A stretch of 64,000 bases of DNA. It comes from a phage. The DNA lies in sequence record OZ336096.1; one strand, 5' to 3'. The notes under the pieces were generated by a model that saw nothing but the letters and a program-made list of their open reading frames with translations, ran no database searches and was not told the origin of the DNA. Numbering within the stretch: position 1 is the stretch's first letter; the number at the start of each line of letters is the position of its first letter. The position numbers and the translations under genes are program-made. Shown in pieces: positions 56,881 through 64,000 of the stretch.

Positions 56881-57450
56881 ATGCTTACATCAACGGCTCT
56901 GCAAACGTTGTAACACGTCCTGTAGCGGAGATTGATGGAGCTATCAAGACACTGTATAACATCTTTGGGGGAACTATTAACTCTAAAGGGTTTAAGGTAC
57001 TGGATGAGCACATCGGCCTTATCTATGGTGACTCTATCACACTGGAACGTGCAAACGAAATCCTGAAGCGTCTGTATGAAATGGGTTTTGCAAGCTCTAA
57101 CGTGGTGTTTGGTGTAGGTTCTTACACTTACCAGTACATGACTCGTGACACCTTTGCATTTGCTGTCAAAGCAACTCTTGCAAGCATTGGTGGTAAAGAG
57201 ATTATGCTTGCAAAAGACCCTAAAACAGATAGTGGTGTTAAAAAATCTGCCTTTGGTGGTGTAGCACCTATGTGGGATGGTGATAAGCTGAAAGCTGTAG
57301 ATGGCTATGGATTCCAGAGTTTTGCGGATGTACTTGACCACCCAGCTTGTGCTTTACGTTTAGTCTTTAGTGACTCTGAGCAGTTCGGTTACACAACTCT
57401 TGGTGATATTCGAAATAATATTGACAAGCAGCTTTAAAAGTATATGATAA

Positions 57451-57476
57451 GAGGCTCCTACGGGAGCCTTTTTAAT
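57451..57476 (+). terminator. rho-independent terminator after nadV
   Basis: AGGCTCC-TACG-GGAGCCT followed by TTTTTAATTT. Confidence 0.8.
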
Positions 57477-57490
57477 TTCTGGAGAAAACT

Positions 57491-57826
57491 ATGAAAATCA
57501 AAGAGATGAACATCAACATTGTCTTAGAAGAACGTTGGGAGAACATTAAGAAACCTGAAGATGGTAAAAAGTTCCTTAACAAAATTTTAGTAGCAGCTAA
57601 AGAAGAACTGACTGGCAAGATTGCAGCAGCAATCACAATAAAAGTCTGTGTAAAAGGTCTTCCAGACAACCACCAATTTGCGCTTGACGAGTTTAAAGAA
57701 AGCTTCTACAATCCAAACAAACAGATGCTTGAAAGTAACTTTGCAGTATCTACAAGTATCGTCCATGACAGAAGCTTTATCCTTTACAAAAATATGAGAG
57801 GTGAGTCATGCAAGCATATTGGATAG
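57491..57826 (+). CDS. hypothetical protein
   Basis: 111-aa ORF after terminator. Confidence 0.4.
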   Translation: MKIKEMNINIVLEERWENIKKPEDGKKFLNKILVAAKEELTGKIAAAITIKVCVKGLPDNHQFALDEFKESFYNPNKQMLESNFAVSTSIVHDRSFILYKNMRGESCKHIG

Positions 57827-57984
57827 AAATTTTACTGTCACTTGGTAGCGTAGCAGTACTTGTTTACCTTCTTTGTAAGTACTTTGCAGAACACAAGAAG
57901 TGTGATTACTGCAACGGGGAAGGGTATACAAGAGCAGGTTGTTGCCCTATGTGTGGCGGTTCTGGTAAAATGTTTAATAAGTAA
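57808..57984 (+). CDS. small membrane protein with C-terminal zinc ribbon
   Basis: 58-aa ORF absent from the supplied track (<60 aa): MQAYWIEILLSLGSVAVLVYLLCKYFAEHKKCDYCNGEGYTRAGCCPMCGGSGKMFNK; hydrophobic helix plus CxxCxGxG...CxxCxGxG; purine-rich RBS-like stretch (GAGAGGTGAG) upstream. Confidence 0.4.
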   Translation: MQAYWIEILLSLGSVAVLVYLLCKYFAEHKKCDYCNGEGYTRAGCCPMCGGSGKMFNK

Positions 57985-58012
57985 TTTAACAGTAAACTAA
58001 GAGGAAAGTATT

Positions 58013-60379
58013 ATGCGCATGGTAAACGACCACGCAGAAGTGATTAAGAGTTCAACTTCTTTAGAGACGTCTCAAGCACAGATTACAATGACACCTGAAA
58101 TGTTCAGCCTTTTGAGTTCTGGTGTATATACCTTTAAAGAAAGGGCAGTGATTCGTGAACTGTCATGTAACGCAGTAGATGCTCAGAAAGAAGCTGGAAA
58201 AGAGAATATTCCGTTCCATGTGCATTTACCTACTCGTTTTGAACCTTACTTTGAAGTCCGTGATTTTGGAACTGGATTGACTCATGATAAAGTTATGAGT
58301 TTGTACCTAAACTACGGGGCTTCTACGAAGAATGACTCTAATGACTACATTGGTGCAATGGGTATCGGCTCAAAATCTCCATTTGCAATTGCTCAGTCAT
58401 TCACAGTGTCTAGCTATGTTGACGGTGTTGTTAATAAGTATTCTGTTTATCTTGAGAATGGTATCCCTCAAGTAACTAAGCTGACCACTAACCCAACAAA
58501 AGAACCTAACGGTTTAGCTGTACGTGTGGCAGTTGCTGACCACCGTATTTCAAAGTTCTTTGAAGAGGCTGGTAATGTATACTCATACTTTGCTGTAAAA
58601 CCAGAGAGTAATGTGGAGTATAATGATATATTAGCAGATATGGATGTGATTGCTCGTGAAGAAGGTGTCTATGATGCCATGACTCATAAGCATAGCTGGC
58701 GTTCAAGCAGCAATAGAACAGAGTTTAACGTGGTTATGGGTAATATTGCCTACCCAGTTAATATGGAGGCATTACTTGGTGATGATTTCTTCAAAGTCTT
58801 GCCAGAATTTTTCCGTAGGAGCGTAGACCTTGTAAACATCTACATGCCTATTGGCTCAGTTGCTATTGCAGCTTCTCGTGAAGCATTGCAGATGAATGAT
58901 ACGACAAAAAATGTTATCATTGAGGCTACTAAAAAGATAACTGAAGCGATTACAAAGGATGTTATCAAGAAAGTTAATAGTCAACCTACACTCATGGATG
59001 CTGCACAGGCTTATGCTGAGTTACGCTTGAACTCACGAGAGATGTTTAATGCTGTGTGTCCAAAGCTAGAGTGGGGAGGTGTTAAGCTTGATTCTCTGGA
59101 AGAAGAATTACTAAACATTCGTCGTGGAATTATCTACGCAGAAGACGGCTCAGTCATTTACGAACGTGACGGTAAAGGCAATATTAAGGTTGATAGGAAC
59201 GGGAACAATATACCTAAAGTAGACTACCTTTATGACCCAGTTGCTTATGTCAAGTTCAACTCTTTAGAGAGTAAGATTCGTGCAACATCGCTTTCCTACA
59301 CTCAAGAGGCAAGTATGTTCAATATCTTTGGCGCAATGCGTAAAAGCCAAATTGAACAGTTTTTGTTTGTTATAAACGACCGTCGCAATAAAAATGGTAC
59401 TGAGAAGACTGTAGGACGCAATCAGATTCTGCGTGGTGCATGTCGAGACTATGCCAGTGAGTCTAGTCTGTTTCACAGATACAACGGTATCGTCTTTGTA
59501 TTCTCGACTGAAAAAGAGTTAGACAACCTAATCAATCTGCACAAACTTGATAAAAGCTTGTTAAAGATTGTGAAGATGTCTGATAAGGAACATCATTATC
59601 AGCGTAAAGAAGCTGTAAGAGGTGTTGTAAAACTTTGGAAAGCTGTTCCAGCAGAAGGTGTAGCTTCATACAAAGAGGTGTCAGAAGACTTAGATACGAT
59701 TGAAGAGCCTCAGCTTTATATTAAGGCAGTAGGCGACACAGTTGATGGCGAATGTTTTTGCTCATCTCCAGAAGATGTAGCTAAGTCAGTTGCCAATGTC
59801 ATTGGAAAGACAGTATATGTTTTCCGAAAAGCAAATTGGAAAAAGATACCAGAAGACTGGATTGAAGTAGATGAGAAGCTCTTGAACGACAGCTTAACTG
59901 ATGTTCATTGGATTAATCATAACAGATATATGACACGTATCTATATGAATGGTGTCCTCGACCTTACAAGCAGTTGGATTATTGCCAGAAACTTTACGTT
60001 CAATAACAGAAAGATTTCTCGTGGCTATTGCTATTCACGAGACACAAACAAAACCATCTTCTTAGAAGGTAATGAAGATGCTGTTGAGGCAATGTTTGGT
60101 AAAATCCAATACGTTGCTGCACCGTTTGCATACACTTATACTATTAGTAGATTGCAAACTTTGAAAGAATGTCTTGACAACGATACAAAGCTGTACAAGA
60201 AAATCAAGAAAGCTGGTGACCGTATGGTCATTAAGGTGACAAACTACCTTTCAAAAAGAAAACAAGAAAACTTCTTGCTTTCTCATTTAGATTGGAATAA
60301 AGTGTCACCCATCGAAGTGAGTAAGTTCTTGGGCTTTGATGTGAAGTGTGTTCCAGAAGGGACTACAATTTACGATTAA
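58013..60379 (+). CDS. rIIA: rIIA-like protein with GHKL (Bergerat-fold) ATPase domain
   Basis: 788-aa ORF; N-terminus carries GHKL boxes (ELSCNAVDA; DFGTGL; GAMGIGSKSPFA) as in T4 rIIA; rIIA assignment is by domain and size only. Confidence 0.5.
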   Translation: MRMVNDHAEVIKSSTSLETSQAQITMTPEMFSLLSSGVYTFKERAVIRELSCNAVDAQKEAGKENIPFHVHLPTRFEPYFEVRDFGTGLTHDKVMSLYLNYGASTKNDSNDYIGAMGIGSKSPFAIAQSFTVSSYVDGVVNKYSVYLENGIPQVTKLTTNPTKEPNGLAVRVAVADHRISKFFEEAGNVYSYFAVKPESNVEYNDILADMDVIAREEGVYDAMTHKHSWRSSSNRTEFNVVMGNIAYPVNMEALLGDDFFKVLPEFFRRSVDLVNIYMPIGSVAIAASREALQMNDTTKNVIIEATKKITEAITKDVIKKVNSQPTLMDAAQAYAELRLNSREMFNAVCPKLEWGGVKLDSLEEELLNIRRGIIYAEDGSVIYERDGKGNIKVDRNGNNIPKVDYLYDPVAYVKFNSLESKIRATSLSYTQEASMFNIFGAMRKSQIEQFLFVINDRRNKNGTEKTVGRNQILRGACRDYASESSLFHRYNGIVFVFSTEKELDNLINLHKLDKSLLKIVKMSDKEHHYQRKEAVRGVVKLWKAVPAEGVASYKEVSEDLDTIEEPQLYIKAVGDTVDGECFCSSPEDVAKSVANVIGKTVYVFRKANWKKIPEDWIEVDEKLLNDSLTDVHWINHNRYMTRIYMNGVLDLTSSWIIARNFTFNNRKISRGYCYSRDTNKTIFLEGNEDAVEAMFGKIQYVAAPFAYTYTISRLQTLKECLDNDTKLYKKIKKAGDRMVIKVTNYLSKRKQENFLLSHLDWNKVSPIEVSKFLGFDVKCVPEGTTIYD

Positions 60380-60384
60380 AGTAT

Positions 60385-60414
60385 TTGACAAGGGGCTTTG
60401 AAGCCCCTTAGAAT
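60385..60414 (+). promoter_or_regulatory. sigma70-like promoter with palindromic spacer (TTGACA-18-TAGAAT)
   Basis: The 18-bp spacer is itself a perfect hairpin (AGGGGCTT-TG-AAGCCCCT); upstream of the 60459 gene. Confidence 0.45.
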
Positions 60415-60458
60415 AACCTCACAAAATGATTTATTAACTAACAAGAGAGAGTAACAAG

Positions 60459-61568
60459 ATGACTACTAAAACTAAAGCACAGATTGACGCAGAAATTTAC
60501 AAACTGGTTAAAGAAGGCAAGCTGACTAAAACAGCTATTGCACAGAAGTTCAATACTTCAACCCGTTCAGTTGGTCGTGCTGTAGAGCGCCATGAAGCAA
60601 CCTTAAAGGGTAAGAAAAAGATAGCTTCTAAACCAGCTACGAAGACTTTGAAGCAAGTTGCTAAATCAGTTAAAAAGAAAACTGGAAAACCAGTTGAAAA
60701 GGCCGTTAAAGACACTGTACAAAAGGCTCCGGTAAATAAACTGCATGAAGCTATGCAGAAAGATAACAAGATTGAGTACATGATTACTGGTGACTCTGTA
60801 ATTATGACTTACGGTTCAGAATCTGAAATTGTTGAGTCTACTCATCCGAACTATCAAGAGATTGTAGTTCATGTTGTGAAAGGTGAGTTCAAGAAAGCTT
60901 TCGAACTGATGAACATTCGTAAATCTATCGAAAACTTCACTCAGGGTACTATCACAATCAAAGGTGACAAGTTATTCTACGGTGCTGTTGAGATGCGTTC
61001 TACTCTGGTTGACCGTATTCTTCACATGATGAAGACTGGTGATAAAGGTTTTGAACGACTTGTAATGTTCTTCGAAAAACTGATGGAAAACCCATCTAAA
61101 GACTCTGTAGAACAACTTTGGGGATTTGTATCTCACCTTGATGTTGAAATTGATGAAGAAGGCTACATCATTGGTTGGAAGAAAGTCTCTACTCGTGAAG
61201 GCAAGCTGGTTGACTCTCACACCTACAAAGTACCTAATGATTTGGGTAACATTGTAGAAATGCCACGTTGGATGGTTGATAACAACCGTAACGTGACTTG
61301 CTCTCAGGGTCTTCATGTTGGTGCTTGGGACTATGTCCGTTGCTTCTCAGGTGATACAATCCTGAAGGTTCGTGTCAATCCACGAGATGTTGTATCTGTT
61401 CCGACTGATTACAACGATATGAAGATGCGTTCATCCCGTTATGAAGTTGCAGCAATCGTTGATAATCAACGTAAAGTGCTGAAAGCATGGGATGGTAAGA
61501 CTGAGGCTTTGCATGTCATCGTTGGCACTGATGGCGAACTCATCTCTCAACGTAAGCGTGAAATCTAA
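60459..61568 (+). CDS. hypothetical protein (possible rIIB-like partner)
   Basis: 369-aa ORF immediately downstream of the rIIA-like gene; no diagnostic motif recognised. Confidence 0.3.
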   Translation: MTTKTKAQIDAEIYKLVKEGKLTKTAIAQKFNTSTRSVGRAVERHEATLKGKKKIASKPATKTLKQVAKSVKKKTGKPVEKAVKDTVQKAPVNKLHEAMQKDNKIEYMITGDSVIMTYGSESEIVESTHPNYQEIVVHVVKGEFKKAFELMNIRKSIENFTQGTITIKGDKLFYGAVEMRSTLVDRILHMMKTGDKGFERLVMFFEKLMENPSKDSVEQLWGFVSHLDVEIDEEGYIIGWKKVSTREGKLVDSHTYKVPNDLGNIVEMPRWMVDNNRNVTCSQGLHVGAWDYVRCFSGDTILKVRVNPRDVVSVPTDYNDMKMRSSRYEVAAIVDNQRKVLKAWDGKTEALHVIVGTDGELISQRKREI

Positions 61569-61584
61569 TAAGTAATTTCTTAAA

Positions 61585-61612
61585 AGGCTGCTTCGGCGGC
61601 CTTTTTTATTTG
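61585..61612 (+). terminator. rho-independent terminator
   Basis: AGGCTGC-TTCG-GCGGCCT followed by TTTTTTATTT. Confidence 0.75.
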
Positions 61613-61668
61613 TATTTTGTGCAGAGTGCTGTATAATTGTTGTCACGATAAACTAAACAGGAGAACCA

Positions 61669-62217
61669 ATGAAGAAATTGATTCTAGGTTTGTGCTTAAT
61701 GTTTACAGCACACTTATCTTATGCAGTTGACTGCCCAGAGCTATCAATTAGCCAAAAAGTAAACATGTTAAAAGCTTACCAGTATGGTGAGAACAACATG
61801 GGTAAAGGTTGGGGTATCACTCTAGCTGCTATAGCCTTACAAGAGTCAGAGTTAGGTCTGAAGGTAGAGAATAAAAAGACACATGATTATGGTATTTTCC
61901 AGAATCACTTGAAGACTGTTGTAAAGCGTAACAAAATTAGTCCTAATGTGGCTAAAAAGAAACTCTTAAAAGACTTTAACTATGCTGCGAAGGAAACTCA
62001 CAAAGAGCTTGAGTTTTGGACAAAGGTGCATGGTCAGCCAAAGTCAAAGAAGACTTTACAAAAAGTTTTAGCATCATATAATGCTGGGTATTCGTACAAA
62101 ATCCCTAAAGCTAAGAAATATTCTCAAGATGTCTATAACAACATGAAAGTCATTGCTCAATGTGAATTTGCAACAAACATTTCTAAGGTAAACCATGAAA
62201 AAATTAAAAAAGTCTGA
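61669..62217 (+). CDS. secreted lytic transglycosylase-like protein (candidate endolysin)
   Basis: Signal peptide (MKKLILGLCLMFTAHLSYA) plus Slt-family-like motifs (ALQESELG, GIFQNH, SYNAGYS). Confidence 0.55.
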   Translation: MKKLILGLCLMFTAHLSYAVDCPELSISQKVNMLKAYQYGENNMGKGWGITLAAIALQESELGLKVENKKTHDYGIFQNHLKTVVKRNKISPNVAKKKLLKDFNYAAKETHKELEFWTKVHGQPKSKKTLQKVLASYNAGYSYKIPKAKKYSQDVYNNMKVIAQCEFATNISKVNHEKIKKV

Positions 62218-62890
62218 TGAAGTACTGTGTCATGCTTACGACTTACATCCTCATGAGTTAGGTCTTGATTCCTGTGTATGGACTCCAGAACAGTGTAGGG
62301 ATTTTGAAGACACTGCAAGAGAAGTTGTATGTTCACTCGAAGAGTTCCACACATCAGAGCCAATTGTGAATGTTGTAGATAAAGAGACTGGACAAACTAT
62401 AGGTGTAAGTCGTGATAGCTTAGTCATAGTCAATAAAGACCTTGTAGAAAAAGGTAACCTCATCTTAGCAGATATTGATGGTGTTCTTACAAATTTTAAT
62501 CACGAAGATTGCTCAACGGAATTGACTGATGGGTCATTCTCACAGTACACTAATCTTCTTGACTCTGTAAGAGCAAAACCAACGTATGTCTTTAGTATTA
62601 TTGATGCAATTGCTAATCATGCTGCTGTTGGACTCTTGACAGCGAGAGGTGAATCTCAGAGAATACCTACTGAGATGTTTTTAAGGCATAACACAGAGCA
62701 TGGCTACATGCTTTTTATGCGTGGTTTTGGGACTAACTCTATAAGTGCAGAAAGTTTGAAAGTGAGGATGATTCAGTCTTGCATTCTGCCTTACTTTAAT
62801 ATAGTATGTTTTATAGAAGACACAGAGAAGAATGTGCAGAAGGTGAACAGAATCCTTCCACACATCAAAACCATGTTAGTTAAACATTGA
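62195..62890 (+). CDS. HAD-superfamily phosphatase-like protein
   Basis: HAD motif I (LILADIDGVL), motif II-like (VGLLTARG) and C-terminal FIEDTEKN; start may be an internal ATG. Confidence 0.45.
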   Translation: MKKLKKSDEVLCHAYDLHPHELGLDSCVWTPEQCRDFEDTAREVVCSLEEFHTSEPIVNVVDKETGQTIGVSRDSLVIVNKDLVEKGNLILADIDGVLTNFNHEDCSTELTDGSFSQYTNLLDSVRAKPTYVFSIIDAIANHAAVGLLTARGESQRIPTEMFLRHNTEHGYMLFMRGFGTNSISAESLKVRMIQSCILPYFNIVCFIEDTEKNVQKVNRILPHIKTMLVKH

Positions 62891-62900
62891 GAGAAAACTT

Positions 62901-63365
62901 ATGAACAATATCATTACGGTAGCACTGGACGTTACGGCAAACAAATCTGAAGTAGTTCGTAACATTATCAAGAGCAACTTTGAGGGTAAAATTTTCCGTG
63001 CTGTCAACGTAAAAGCAGACGGTAACATCCGAGAGTATCGTGCTCTTTTGAATGTTAAGAAACACGTAAAAGGTTCTGGCTCAACTACAGCACACAAAGA
63101 AAACCTGATGACTATCTATGATATGGGTATGGCTTCAGAATTAGGTGCTGAAGGTATCGTTAAAGAAGGTGCTCCGTATCGCTCTTTCAATCTGGAAACT
63201 GCTCTTATGCTTTCCTTCACAAGTGGTTCTAAAACAACTACTTACCTCTTTACTGATGCTGCAACGGTATCTGCTATCAAGGATAGCACTGTCAAAGCTG
63301 GGGTAGCTGCTGCTGCAAAAGCTTCTTCGATGGCTGCAAATGTCCTTGCTAAAGTCCTCGGTTAA
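62901..63365 (+). CDS. hypothetical protein
   Basis: 154-aa ORF followed by terminator. Confidence 0.4.
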   Translation: MNNIITVALDVTANKSEVVRNIIKSNFEGKIFRAVNVKADGNIREYRALLNVKKHVKGSGSTTAHKENLMTIYDMGMASELGAEGIVKEGAPYRSFNLETALMLSFTSGSKTTTYLFTDAATVSAIKDSTVKAGVAAAAKASSMAANVLAKVLG

Positions 63366-63376
63366 GGTTAAGATAC

Positions 63377-63400
63377 AGGCTCCTTCGGGAGCCTTTTTCA
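63377..63400 (+). terminator. rho-independent terminator
   Basis: AGGCTCC-TTCG-GGAGCCT followed by TTTTTC. Confidence 0.8.
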
Positions 63401-63417
63401 TTTCAGGAGATTGTTAA

Positions 63418-63765
63418 ATGACATTTAAAGAGTTCTGCCAAGCTACTTTCATAATTGTTTTCTTAGTTGGAGCAGGTGTCTGGGGAGGATACTCTTACAG
63501 AGACTACCAAGTTGCTGAAGCTGAGCTAAATAATGAGAAACTAATAAGTGTTGCTAAAGATGCTTATCAGGAAGGTTTAGCCACACTCAGCACCAATTAC
63601 AAAAATGATTTGAAAGACGTGCTTGCTAAGAATAAGCACACAAAAGAGGTACTAACATATGAAAAGACTAAGCCAGAGTTTTATAATGTTTGTGTTACTG
63701 ATAATTATGTCAGGGTGTTCAACGAACAAAGTGAACAGTACATTCAAAAACTCCCAAGTAAGTGA
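63418..63765 (+). CDS. i-spanin-like protein (Rz-like)
   Basis: N-terminal transmembrane helix (ATFIIVFLVGAGVWGG) followed by charged helical periplasmic-type domain; contains an embedded out-of-frame lipoprotein ORF. Confidence 0.5.
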   Translation: MTFKEFCQATFIIVFLVGAGVWGGYSYRDYQVAEAELNNEKLISVAKDAYQEGLATLSTNYKNDLKDVLAKNKHTKEVLTYEKTKPEFYNVCVTDNYVRVFNEQSEQYIQKLPSK

Positions 63766-63928
63766 GAGTGACAAGTACACTCAAGAAGAGTCAAGATTCA
63801 CTGTCAAAGGTAATACTGGTAGTGATGTGGCAGCAGCCCTTGAGTTTTATCGTGATGGTTTTTACCAGTGCACAATCAAAGCTAATAACCTTATTGACAT
63901 GATTTTATTAGGGAACAAACAGCAATGA
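63659..63928 (+). CDS. o-spanin-like lipoprotein (Rz1-like), embedded/overlapping
   Basis: Starts inside the Rz-like gene in another frame; signal peptide with lipobox (LLIIMSGC). Confidence 0.5.
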   Translation: MKRLSQSFIMFVLLIIMSGCSTNKVNSTFKNSQVSESDKYTQEESRFTVKGNTGSDVAAALEFYRDGFYQCTIKANNLIDMILLGNKQQ

Positions 63929-64000
63929 CAGAGAATGAAGACACTTTCTATGTAGAAGGGTACTTACTGCTACCACGACCAAAAGAAACTTATATGCGGG
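63925..64000 (+). CDS. hypothetical protein (5' fragment, runs off window)
   Basis: ATG at 63925 overlapping upstream stop (ATGA); open to window end. Confidence 0.3.
   Translation, partial: MTENEDTFYVEGYLLLPRPKETYMR

Larger units (their letters stand above)
54736..57437 (+). pseudogene. nadV: nicotinamide phosphoribosyltransferase, disrupted by internal tandem duplication
   Basis: Two overlapping ORFs (54736..56016, 55965..57437) share ~294 identical residues; alignment from memory with NAMPT (DAYKSSHIYQYP, KGTDS, PATEHS, VVSDTYNFW, IRPDSGDP); with one repeat copy and the junction removed the gene would encode ~593 aa. Confidence 0.75.

Overview
This window reads as a contiguous stretch of a large virulent tailed-phage (myovirus-type) genome; gene content resembles Felix-O1-like coliphages, but that assignment is from memory and not verified by any search. 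All calls rest on reading the supplied ORF translations and the nucleotide sequence by eye. Layout: (1) 1-22.8 kb, + strand, structural module: large terminase, portal, prohead protease, major capsid, sheath, tube, tape measure, Mu-like baseplate proteins and two tail-fibre genes with histidine-rich tips. (2) 23.5-32.9 kb, - strand: thymidylate synthase, DHFR, small regulators, a lipoprotein, ATP-dependent DNA ligase, an HNH-AP2 homing endonuclease and a T7-like family-A DNA polymerase interrupted by an ORF-less group I intron. (3) 33.2-51 kb, + strand: dNMP kinase, primase-helicase, SSB-like protein, 5'-3' exonuclease, nrdA, nrdB, glutaredoxin, nrdD (interrupted by a second ORF-less group I intron) and nrdG. 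(4) 51-64 kb, + strand: an HNH endonuclease, a tandem array of four paralogous small genes, an NAD+ salvage pair (PRPP synthetase plus a nicotinamide phosphoribosyltransferase broken by a 920-bp tandem duplication with an inverted 37-bp junction), an rIIA-like GHKL ATPase, a secreted lytic transglycosylase and an embedded spanin pair. No rRNA, tRNA or CRISPR array was recognised. The most notable items are the two group I introns, the rearranged nadV locus and the four-gene paralog array of unknown function.
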